From the NCBI GenBank assembly GCA_034189385.1, contig JAXHVD010000013.1, positions 68,259 to 132,258 of the forward strand: a stretch of DNA of 64,000 nt, in the 5' to 3' direction. Each line of letters starts with the position of its first letter. Position 1 is the stretch's first letter. Positions 9,831 through 17,629 of this stretch are shown one piece after another. Both the position numbers and the translations under genes were made by a program. The DNA comes from Thermodesulfobacteriota bacterium (lineage in GTDB: Bacteria > Desulfobacterota > Desulfobacteria > Desulfobacterales > C00003060). The notes under the pieces were generated by a model. It searched no databases and was not told the DNA's origin. It worked only from the letters and a program-made list of their open reading frames with translations.

Positions 9831-10895
9831 ATGCCCAGGTTCATAAAGAGAACGTCAAAAAAGGCCGGTCTTGCGCCTGGAACACTCGTTCATATTGGAG
9901 AAAAGAAGGTTGAAGCCGCAAGGGTGATGGTCATCGACTACGACAAGGAGCGATTTCAGCAAAAGGAGCTGAAAACCGTTGAAGAGTGCTTTCCCTTCAA
10001 GGAAGCCCCCACTATTACATGGATAAACATAGACGGACTTCATGATATTGAGATCATTGAGAAGATAGGCAAATGTTTTGACATACATCCCCTTACGTTG
10101 GAAGATATTGTAAACACGGCACACAGGCCGAAATTGGAGGATTTTGATGATTACGTGTTTGTCGTCTTAAAGATGCTTCACTATGACAAGGAAAGCAGCA
10201 GCGTCAAGTCTGAGCAAGTCAGCCTCATTCTGTGTCAGCATTGTCTCATTTCCTTTCAAGAGAGGGAAGGAGACGTCTTCAGCATGGTCCGTGAGAGAAC
10301 AAAGAAAGGCAAAGGGCACATCCGAAAGGGAGGTGTTGACTATCTTGCCTATGCGCTCATTGATGCCATCGTTGACCATTACTTCATCATCCTGGAGACT
10401 TTCGGAGAGCAGATAGAAGAACTGGAAGAAGCCCTGGTTACAAGTCCTACGTCCGAGATCCTGGAAAGCATTCACCACATGAAAAAAGAGATGATCTATC
10501 TCCGCAAACAGGTCTGGCCTCTGAGGGAAGTGGTGGCCGGCCTGAGAAGAGGAGAGATTGCACTCATACGTGAATCAACAAACATCTTTCTGGCTGATGT
10601 GTATGATCACACAGTGCATGTCATCGATACCATAGAGTCCCTTCGAGATGTCCTGTCCGGTATGCTTGATATCTATCTTTCCACCGTAAGCAACAAAATG
10701 AACGAGGTGATGAAGGTGCTCACGATTATGGCGACCATCTTCATCCCACTGACCTTTATTGCCGGAGTTTATGGCATGAATTTCAAATACATGCCGGAAC
10801 TTGAATGGCACTGGGGCTATTTTGGAGCGTTGTCCATCATGGTCGGTGTGGCGGTTTTCATGGTCTTCTATTTCAAGAAAAAGACATGGCTGTAA
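9831..10895 (+). CDS. corA: Magnesium/cobalt transporter CorA
   Basis: CorA fold with the signature GVYGMNFKYMPEL between two C-terminal TM helices. ATG 9831 lies 8 nt after GGAGG. Confidence 0.9.
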   Translation: MPRFIKRTSKKAGLAPGTLVHIGEKKVEAARVMVIDYDKERFQQKELKTVEECFPFKEAPTITWINIDGLHDIEIIEKIGKCFDIHPLTLEDIVNTAHRPKLEDFDDYVFVVLKMLHYDKESSSVKSEQVSLILCQHCLISFQEREGDVFSMVRERTKKGKGHIRKGGVDYLAYALIDAIVDHYFIILETFGEQIEELEEALVTSPTSEILESIHHMKKEMIYLRKQVWPLREVVAGLRRGEIALIRESTNIFLADVYDHTVHVIDTIESLRDVLSGMLDIYLSTVSNKMNEVMKVLTIMATIFIPLTFIAGVYGMNFKYMPELEWHWGYFGALSIMVGVAVFMVFYFKKKTWL

Positions 10896-11005
10896 ACGCA
10901 CCGAACAGCACTCTTCAAACCCTGGCTTTACAGTGTCATCAAGAAGAAAACAGCCCTCGAATTCATGAGCACACCCCACATTTGTGTGGAGCACAAGGAG
11001 GGAAC

Positions 11006-12091
11006 ATGGTTCTTCTCAGGAGCATTCTGCTCTGTGTCACGCTTTTAATTGTCCTGGGCGCCAGTGGCTTGGAGGCGCAAGAACAGCCTTTGGGCCGTGG
11101 CACCTTGATGGTGGGAACCAAAGAGGCGCCTCCTTTTTCCACGAAGACAGAGGACGGCTCGTGGAGAGGGATTAGCATTGATCTGTGGAACGAGATTGCC
11201 TCTGAATTGAATCTCATTTTTGAGTTCCGCGAGCTGGATCTGGCCGGCTTGCTGGACGGAGTGGCCAACGGCAATCTGGATGTGGCCGTTGCCGCCCTGA
11301 CCATTACGCCCGAGCGGGAGAAGGCCTTTGATTTCACCCATCCCTTCCACACTACCGGCCTTGGCATCGCTGTTGCCTCGAAGACCAAAAGCCCCTGGAT
11401 TGCGGTCCTGAAACGGTTCTTCTCGCTCGCCTTTCTTAGAGTCCTGGTGGCCCTTTCCGCCTTGTTGCTGGCGGTGGGCATCGTTGTGTGGTGGTTTGAA
11501 AGAAGGGGAAACCCAGGGCAATTCGGAGAAGGCACCGTAAAGGGGATAGGTTCCGGGTTTTGGTGGTCCGCGGTGACCATGACCACGGTCGGCTACGGAG
11601 ACAAAGCCCCTGTGACCGTGGGAGGACGCGTTGTGGCCCTCATATGGATGTTCGCCGGCATTATCGTGATATCGAGCATCACTGCGGCCATTACCTCAGC
11701 GCTGACGGTGACTCAGCTGGAATCAGGGGTCCGAGGGCCGGAAGACCTCACCGATGTAATCGTCGGCGCTCTGGCGGACTCTTCCAGTGCTGCCTATCTG
11801 CGAGAAAACCGGATCTCCTTCGACGAGTATGACACCGCCATGGACGGACTCCAGGCCGTGTCAGAGGGTATGATCGATGCCTTGGTATATGACGCCCCCA
11901 TTCTCCGTTATGTCGTGAACCAGGAATTCCGGGGCGAACTGCAGGTGTTGCCAAATACGTTTCAACGCCAGGATTACGGGATCGCCTTGCAGACCGGAAG
12001 TCCCCTGCGAGAGCCGATTAACCGTGTTTTGCTGCAAAAGATTCAAGCGCCGATATGGCAGGACACGCTGTATTGGTATCTGGGCGGATGA
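11006..12091 (+). CDS. GluR0-type ligand-gated potassium channel (periplasmic SBP-3 lobes flanking a K+ channel pore)
   Basis: ATG 11006 follows AAGGAGG. A signal peptide and solute-binding lobe 1 are followed by M1-P-M2 with the selectivity filter TMTTVGYGD, then lobe 2. The ORF-track start at 10805 overlaps corA and is rejected. Confidence 0.8.
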   Translation: MVLLRSILLCVTLLIVLGASGLEAQEQPLGRGTLMVGTKEAPPFSTKTEDGSWRGISIDLWNEIASELNLIFEFRELDLAGLLDGVANGNLDVAVAALTITPEREKAFDFTHPFHTTGLGIAVASKTKSPWIAVLKRFFSLAFLRVLVALSALLLAVGIVVWWFERRGNPGQFGEGTVKGIGSGFWWSAVTMTTVGYGDKAPVTVGGRVVALIWMFAGIIVISSITAAITSALTVTQLESGVRGPEDLTDVIVGALADSSSAAYLRENRISFDEYDTAMDGLQAVSEGMIDALVYDAPILRYVVNQEFRGELQVLPNTFQRQDYGIALQTGSPLREPINRVLLQKIQAPIWQDTLYWYLGG

Positions 12092-12493
12092 AGACCGATC
12101 TGTAAAGCCCTGAGTGAGTCACGACATCTAAACCGATTGTATTTTAGCGGACGATGGGACCCGACAGTTGGAAAATAGGCTGCAGTTGTGGTCTTGGAGC
12201 GAAAAGAAGACTCTTTTCTGTACATTGTTCAGCAAGGGAAATTTTCCAAACACACCTTGAACCGATTAAGCGAGCGCATTCTCCACAGGAGAGCTACCGC
12301 AGCCCCGTAGGTTCTGCCTGACGGCAGTGCTAACGCGGTGAGGCTGCGGGGTTAGCGAGCGTATATAAAATGAGACATATTCCTTACGGTCGCTGCGAAG
12401 CACTGCCGCTAGGTAGAACATTCCCTGCAGCTTGCTGCAGGGTCTTCAATGGTTTGTGAGCAAATCATCCAATAAGAAGCGAGAGTGGGCATC

Positions 12494-12664
12494 ATGGTCA
12501 GGTATATCATTGGAGCTTTGGCGGGTGCGGCGATTGGGGGCATCATAGGATATTTGGGTAAATGTTCCGGAAACACCTGAGGCATGACGGGCAGCCCCTG
12601 GTCAGGGGCTATTACCGGTGCAATAATCGGGATTATGATTGCCTCTTCCACTGTTTCCGGATAG
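12494..12664 (+). CDS. Candidate small membrane selenoprotein (56 codons, UGA at codon 29, C-x4-U motif)
   Basis: The ATG 12494 frame reads MVRYIIGALAGAAIGGIIGYLGKCSGNT-TGA(12578-12580)-GMTGSPWSGAITGAIIGIMIASSTVSG-TAG(12662). The frame stays open after the TGA and encodes a glycine-zipper helix. A hairpin with a GGUC loop follows the TGA. Confidence 0.55.
12588..12616 (+). promoter_or_regulatory. SECIS-like hairpin downstream of UGA 12578
   Basis: AGCCCCT (12593-12599) pairs with AGGGGCT (12604-12610), giving a perfect 7-bp stem and an apical loop GGUC (12600-12603) at nt 23-26 from the U of UGA. A lower CGG/CCG extension is present. This matches the loop and spacing I recall for the E. coli fdhF SECIS. 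Confidence 0.5.
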
Positions 12665-12834
12665 TCGCAGCCGCGCTTCGACTGTGAGCCAACGAAACGC
12701 CGAACAAGTGGATCGATGACGATTCATTAATCTGTGCGGCGTCAAGTTATGGCTTCCCAAGAGGGTCACCCACGGTGTTGGGTGCCGTGTAAAGATCTGC
12801 TAGCGACGCCCCGACTGGACGGGGGCTGCTTGGC

Positions 12835-13680
12835 ATGCAAGGAAGGCTCTCAATGAAAATCTTCAAGATCGGGTTTCCTTTGGTGGTTTCGGGTGCCGTG
12901 GCGGCATGTGTCGTGTTGGTGCTCAGGCCCCACGTTCAATACCAGGGGATCGTCGAAGACGTCTCGTCATGGGGTTCCTTTTTCACCGTCTTTGGTGTCA
13001 TCTACGCCATTGTTGCCGGCTTTCTCCTCGTCACTGTTCTGAACCGATACAGCGCTTTGAATTAGACGATCGAAGATGAGCTGAATGCTGTTGAGTGCGT
13101 CCGGGACTTTCTTGTATATTTGGACGACGAAAAACGCGGCGCGAAAACTGCCATTAAACGGGCGCTTGCGAACTACGTGAGGTCTCTGTCCATTAAGGAA
13201 TGGGAAGAGATGGCCGATCCTCGCACGCCGATGAACTCCGACACATCAGAGGAGCTGTACGAAATCATGCGCAAGGGAAAGGGGATACAGGTGACGAGAG
13301 AGCGCGACAGTGTCGTCCTTTCTGCGCTGGTGGAGAACATCTCAGAGATTACGAAAATGCGAACAAGGCGCATTGCACTCGCCAATGAAAGGCTGCCTCC
13401 TAGGCTCCGAATACTGATGGTTTTCATGTCAATTGCTCTCGTGGGCGCCTTTGTCCTCCTGGGCGTTCGGTGCGTATTCACACATGTATTCATTGTCGTA
13501 ACCCTCACCATTTCGATTCACCTTCTCTACATGATCATAGAAGACCTTGATCACCCCTTCCACGGTGTCTGGAACATCAACCGGGCGCCGCTGGACGAAC
13601 TCGCGAAAAGCTTCGAGGATGAGCTGAGAGAGAATCAGACCCATAACAGGCCCAACACTCTGTGGTCGGGGGAGGGTTAG
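12835..13680 (+). pseudogene. DUF4239-like membrane protein interrupted by a single in-frame TAG
   Basis: ORFs 12835-13065 and 13120-13680 are in the same frame. The only stop between them is TAG 13063-13065 (...NRYSALN*TIEDELNAVECV...). The joined product has N- and C-terminal TM helices and a KEWEEM motif typical of DUF4239, as I recall it. Confidence 0.55.
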
Positions 13681-13735
13681 GGAAAGGTGAGATGTCTTCC
13701 TGCAAGACGGTTGAAAGAGGAATCGATATTCTCTC

Positions 13736-14710
13736 TCACAGCCACTTTATCCGCTTGAACCATCCCACCAATAGTACTGCAAGGCCCACAAGGCCTAGAG
13801 CCACGATAGCAAAGGCCCATTTGTATTCTGCTCCCGGAATACCGCCGACATTGATCCCAAGCAGTCCTGTAAGGAGCCCCAAGGGCAAGAATATGGCCGC
13901 TACGATGGAAAGCAAGTACATGGCCTTGTTCATCTGTTCCGACAAACGGTTGTTCAGTTCTTCCTGGGTGACAGCAGCATGCTCACGGGCTGAGTCAATA
14001 TCTTCAACAAAACGTGCCGTGCGTTCCCATACCTCGCGTATGTGCGCTTTGTCCATGTCATCCAGCCATGGAATGCGTTCATTCTGCAACCGTGCAATAA
14101 CATCCCGCTGAGGGGCCACATATCGCCGCAGACTGATGGTCTGGCGCCGCAGGTCGGAAAGCTTGGGTCGTAGTTCCTTGCTTTCGGCAGTGAGCACTGT
14201 GTCTTCCAGTTCATCTACGCTGTCGTCAATTTCAGCCACCACGTCTCCCATCCGGTCTGTTATGCGACGGCAGACCATGATCAGAAAATCAGCCGAAGAG
14301 GTAGGCCCTGTACCGGACTTGATCGCGTTGCCAATGTCGTCAATGGCCATCACGCGCCTGTGTCTCATAGATAGGATGCGATGTTCGGTAAACAACATGC
14401 GCAATGAGACCATATCCTCAGGATCGGCTCCGGGGTTGCAGTTTACCCCCCGCAGTATCAAAAGGAGGCCCTCCTCAGAAAAGACGCAACGGGGCCGTGT
14501 CTCCTCTGCAAGCAAGGATTCCGATAATATGGAACTAAGGCCGCTGTCGTCCGATAACCATTTTTGAACTTTTTCATTGGCATAATCAAGGTGCAACCAC
14601 AGTACCCCTTGCTCCGCAGACCACTGCTTGACTCCTTTCCAATCGATAGCTTGGCCGCCACCCTGACCATCGAGGACATACGCAAATACGAGGCCTTCCT
14701 GTTCGTTCAT
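13736..14710 (-). CDS. zntB: Zinc transporter ZntB (CorA superfamily), copy 1
   Basis: 324 aa. The C-terminal TM pair carries the ZntB-type motif LTGLLGINVGGIPG and the ending ...WFKRIKWL. RBS AAGGGAGGGA. Confidence 0.9.
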   Translation of the reverse strand: MNEQEGLVFAYVLDGQGGGQAIDWKGVKQWSAEQGVLWLHLDYANEKVQKWLSDDSGLSSILSESLLAEETRPRCVFSEEGLLLILRGVNCNPGADPEDMVSLRMLFTEHRILSMRHRRVMAIDDIGNAIKSGTGPTSSADFLIMVCRRITDRMGDVVAEIDDSVDELEDTVLTAESKELRPKLSDLRRQTISLRRYVAPQRDVIARLQNERIPWLDDMDKAHIREVWERTARFVEDIDSAREHAAVTQEELNNRLSEQMNKAMYLLSIVAAIFLPLGLLTGLLGINVGGIPGAEYKWAFAIVALGLVGLAVLLVGWFKRIKWL

Positions 14711-14775
14711 GTTCCGTCCCTCCCTTGGATTGAAGCCCCATGTTTAAGTTGCCGCTGACGAAAACCCATGATCGG

Positions 14776-14804
14776 AATCTAATGGATGCCACAAGACCTG
14801 TCAA
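14776..14804 (-). promoter_or_regulatory. Putative sigma70-type promoter of zntB copy 1
   Basis: On the minus strand: TTGACA (14804-14799), a 17-nt spacer, then TAGATT (14781-14776), about 65 nt upstream of the zntB ATG. Confidence 0.4.
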
Positions 14805-15538
14805 ACACCGGACCTGAATCCAGCCAGATTGCCCACATCATGGCCCTTCCGTCTCATTGCGTGGGGGAAACCCGTCTCAGTACATGGAAAGAAAAGGGCC
14901 ATCCATTTCCTACTCCTTTGCGACGTTTCCCCCACTTGACATTCCTCTGCAATGTATGTAAGCAAAATGCAGACACACCTCTGGAGGGCAGCGAAGACTT
15001 TTTCCCCAGACGGCTTCTGGCAGCGTGCGCCTCTGCATGACTGGTCATTTTTCAGTGTTTTGCGTTGTTGGTCAACACAAGGGTTCGGGGTGAGTTGAGT
15101 TTCTCGTATGGAGGAGGGGTGAATGCGAGTGACTTTGGGACAACGCAATGGCCCAGCTTTGTTACCCCCTCTTTGTGCCCATATGGCACGTGAAATATTG
15201 CTCAACCAGGGGCTACCAATCACAGTGCCTCCTTTCCATGCCACCGGCCGCAGTGACGGCCAAGCAATCTACCTTTGTGGCGAAGAAGAATCACGACCCC
15301 ACCCTGTTTGCAGGCCTTTTCGCACACCTGCCGGCTCCGTCCGGGGTCGGATTGAGAGATGCCCTAATTATCTTAAACCGTTAGGCGAATCGCCGGCACA
15401 ATGTGCGCCTGTTGAAACCCTATGGGGCCGACCTCATCCCTTTGTGATCCATGGAATCGGAATGAAGACACGGGGGCTCAAGCATGGGTGGTCGTCCATG
15501 TTTGTGGCAAGTCTGGTGGAGCGCCCTGGAGAAGATAT

Positions 15539-15568
15539 CTGACAAGACTGACAAGCTTCAAATATACT
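15539..15568 (+). promoter_or_regulatory. Putative sigma70-type promoter of hsp20
   Basis: CTGACA (15539-15544), an 18-nt spacer, then TATACT (15563-15568), about 45 nt upstream of ATG 15614. Both hexamers are lost in the second repeat copy, which lacks hsp20. Confidence 0.35.
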
Positions 15569-15613
15569 CAATGTTGCCATCCTGGGGAGGCACACTGACA
15601 AGGAGGTGGTTGT

Positions 15614-16057
15614 ATGGACATAGTTCCGTGGAGGCCTTTTAGAGAACTCGGGACCCTGCGAAGAGAGATGGACAGCCTTTGGAATCGGTTCTTCGGGGAG
15701 ACATCGTTGCCAAGTGTTTTTTCACAAGAATGGGCGCCAAGGGTGGATGTCTCGGAGACCAAAAACAGTGTGGTGGTCAAGGCTGAGATCCCTGGCATGG
15801 AGGCAAAGGACATGGACGTAAGCGTCTCTGGCGATGTCTTGACTATTAGAGGCGAAAAGAAGAAGGAAGAGGAAAAGAAGGATGAGCATTACCATTATCG
15901 TGAAAGGTACTCGGGGTCCTTTCAGCGCTCATTCCAGCTTCCTGTGACCGTCAAAGGCGAGAAAGCGGATGCAACATTTAAGGATGGTGTCTTAACGATC
16001 ACCATTCCTAAGGCGGAGGAAGCCAAGAAAAAGGAAATCAAAGTCAAAACTGCGTAA
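15614..16057 (+). CDS. hsp20: Small heat-shock protein, Hsp20/alpha-crystallin family
   Basis: 147 aa with an alpha-crystallin domain (PRVDVSETKNSVVVKAEIPGMEAKDMDVSVSGDVLTIRGEKK...GVLTITIPK). RBS AAGGAGG. Confidence 0.9.
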   Translation: MDIVPWRPFRELGTLRREMDSLWNRFFGETSLPSVFSQEWAPRVDVSETKNSVVVKAEIPGMEAKDMDVSVSGDVLTIRGEKKKEEEKKDEHYHYRERYSGSFQRSFQLPVTVKGEKADATFKDGVLTITIPKAEEAKKKEIKVKTA

Positions 16058-16246
16058 GAATATATTCCCTCCCCGGGAGGCATGCACAGAGGCAAAAAGG
16101 CGGGTTTGCCACGATTTCCCTTTGCAGGCAAGGTGATGGTGGCACCGGTCCAACAAGGTGCTGGTTCAATCATCGCTCTTCCTGGAAATGCCAGCATTGG
16201 GTGGCAATATTCTATAAACCCAAGGAAAACGAACAGGAGGTTAAAG

Positions 16247-16381
16247 ATGGCAAATGTCAAGAAGGTCGGTGAAGTGTATAGATGTGAAGTCTGCGGGAAT
16301 GTGGTCGAGGTGAAGGAGGTTGGCGGAGGGGAGCTGGTCTGTTGCGGCCAAGCGATGATATTGGAAAAGGGAGGCAAATAG
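16247..16381 (+). CDS. Desulforedoxin (44 aa, Fe(Cys)4 protein)
   Basis: [44 protein letters not shown] has the C-x2-C ... C-C pattern of desulforedoxin and the desulfoferrodoxin N-domain. RBS AGGAGG. The longer ORF-track start 16082 is unsupported. Confidence 0.8.
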   Translation: MANVKKVGEVYRCEVCGNVVEVKEVGGGELVCCGQAMILEKGGK

Positions 16382-16441
16382 GAGGTCTCTTATGTCACAG
16401 GAAAAAACGCGAATGAAAGAGTCGATAGACTGGAGGAGATA

Positions 16442-17629
16442 ATGGCCGGCGTGAGAATCTATTCGGCAAAAGGATGTCCGTTCTGTGACAGGGCCAAATC
16501 GTTTTTGGAGGAGAAGGGAATCACCTTTGAAGAGATTGAGACCGTACCGGAATCAAAGGCCTGGATGGAGATGAAGGAGAAGACCGGAAGCGGTTCTCTG
16601 CCTCAGATAGTGATCCATGGCGAGCCGGTGGGGGGATACAGTGATCTTGTTAACATGGAAGCCGGTGGCGAATTCTACAAGAAACTGGGGCGTACTGAAC
16701 CGGAAGCATCCCCCCGTCTTTTCGATGTGATCATCATCGGGACCGGTCCTGCGGGCTTGAGTGCTGCCATTTATACGGCCCGGAAGGTCCTTAAAACCCT
16801 TGTTATTGGCAAAGAGATGGGCGGGCAGGTGGCATGGACATTTGATGTGGACAACTACTTGGGGTTCAGTCATGTCGACACAGCTGACCTGATCTCAAAG
16901 TTCGAGGAACATGTGGAAAAATATGGCGTGGAGAAGGTCACCGGCGTTGAGGTCACCGCCTTGGATCTTAGCGGCAAGGTGAAAAAAGTCACCGCAGGCG
17001 AGGCAGAGACGTATCAGGCCAAGACGGTCATTATTGCCACGGGGAAGCGGCCCAGACCCCTCAATGTGCCTGGTGAAAAAGAGCTGATCGGTAGGGGCGT
17101 GGCCTATTGTGCCACCTGCGATGCCCCTCTGTTTGCAGACCTTGATGTGGTGGTGGCAGGGGGCGGCAATTCAGCCTTGCAGTCAGCCATTGACCTTATA
17201 AAAGTCGCCCGAAAGGTCTACGTAGTCTCGTTGACCCCCTTGACGGCCGACCAGATCCTTCAGGACAAGGTAACCAGTGCCGCCAACGTGGAGATCTTCA
17301 CGGAATACAAAATTACCAGAGTCTTGGGAGACACGGCCGTCGAGGGCTTGGAGATGGAGGCCCTTGAGACAGCTGAGGCAAAGACCTTGAAGGTTCAGGG
17401 CGTATTTGTGGAGATCGGCCTCCTTCCCAACTCTGAGCTCGTGGTGGACACCTTGCGGACCAATCGTGTGGGAGAGATTGTCGTCGACAACAGGTGTCGC
17501 ACCGGCGTCGCGGGCGTGTTTGCCTGCGGGGATGTGACGGATGTTCCGTATAAACAAGTCGTTGTGGCAGCAGGGGAAGGGGCAAAAGCAGGCCTCTCGG
17601 CCTATGAGTATATCATTACCCAGAAGTAG
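16442..17629 (+). CDS. Glutaredoxin-domain / thioredoxin-disulfide reductase fusion protein
   Basis: The N-terminal Grx fold has CPFC. It is followed by a low-Mr TrxR-like flavoprotein (VIIIGTGPAGLSAAIY, redox-active CATCD, second dinucleotide fold VVAGGGNSA). Confidence 0.85.
   Translation: MAGVRIYSAKGCPFCDRAKSFLEEKGITFEEIETVPESKAWMEMKEKTGSGSLPQIVIHGEPVGGYSDLVNMEAGGEFYKKLGRTEPEASPRLFDVIIIGTGPAGLSAAIYTARKVLKTLVIGKEMGGQVAWTFDVDNYLGFSHVDTADLISKFEEHVEKYGVEKVTGVEVTALDLSGKVKKVTAGEAETYQAKTVIIATGKRPRPLNVPGEKELIGRGVAYCATCDAPLFADLDVVVAGGGNSALQSAIDLIKVARKVYVVSLTPLTADQILQDKVTSAANVEIFTEYKITRVLGDTAVEGLEMEALETAEAKTLKVQGVFVEIGLLPNSELVVDTLRTNRVGEIVVDNRCRTGVAGVFACGDVTDVPYKQVVVAAGEGAKAGLSAYEYIITQK

Larger units (their letters stand above)
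13736..15549. repeat. 1.8-kb segmental duplication, copy 1 (zntB plus ~0.8 kb upstream DNA)
   Basis: Matches 36755-38571 at an offset of 23019. I found no differences between 13917-15433 and 36936-38452. There are about a dozen substitutions in 13741-13916, and ~20% divergence with small indels in 15434-15549. Confidence 0.95.

Noticed and set aside
12409-12651. An 80-aa minus-strand ORF (MEEAIIIPIIAPVIAP...)
   Set aside because: It is a low-complexity mirror image of the plus-strand glycine-zipper gene, that is, a shadow ORF antisense to the selenoprotein candidate.
13063-13065. Pyrrolysine as an explanation for the in-frame TAG in the DUF4239-like gene
   Set aside because: The protein family has no link to Pyl, no pyl genes or PYLIS-like context are visible, and a simple nonsense mutation is more parsimonious.
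14806-14833. An SRP-RNA-like string (minus strand ...TCAGGTCCGG...)
   Set aside because: Only a 10-nt match is present. The essential GGAAGGAAGCAGC helix-8 continuation and the closing helix are absent.
15183-15201. A sigma54-like TGGCAC...TTGC motif (ATATGGCACGTGAAATATTGCT) in the duplicated spacer
   Set aside because: The GG and GC elements are separated by 3 nt more than the canonical TGGCAC-N5-TTGC spacing, so this is not a credible -24/-12 promoter.
14786-15542. ORFs of 64-147 aa on both strands within the duplicated spacer (14786-15040, 14801-15244, 15123-15542, 15148-15384)
   Set aside because: Their R/C/P/W-rich composition has no recognisable motifs, RBS or signal sequences, and the ORFs overlap each other. 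I treat the segment as non-coding.
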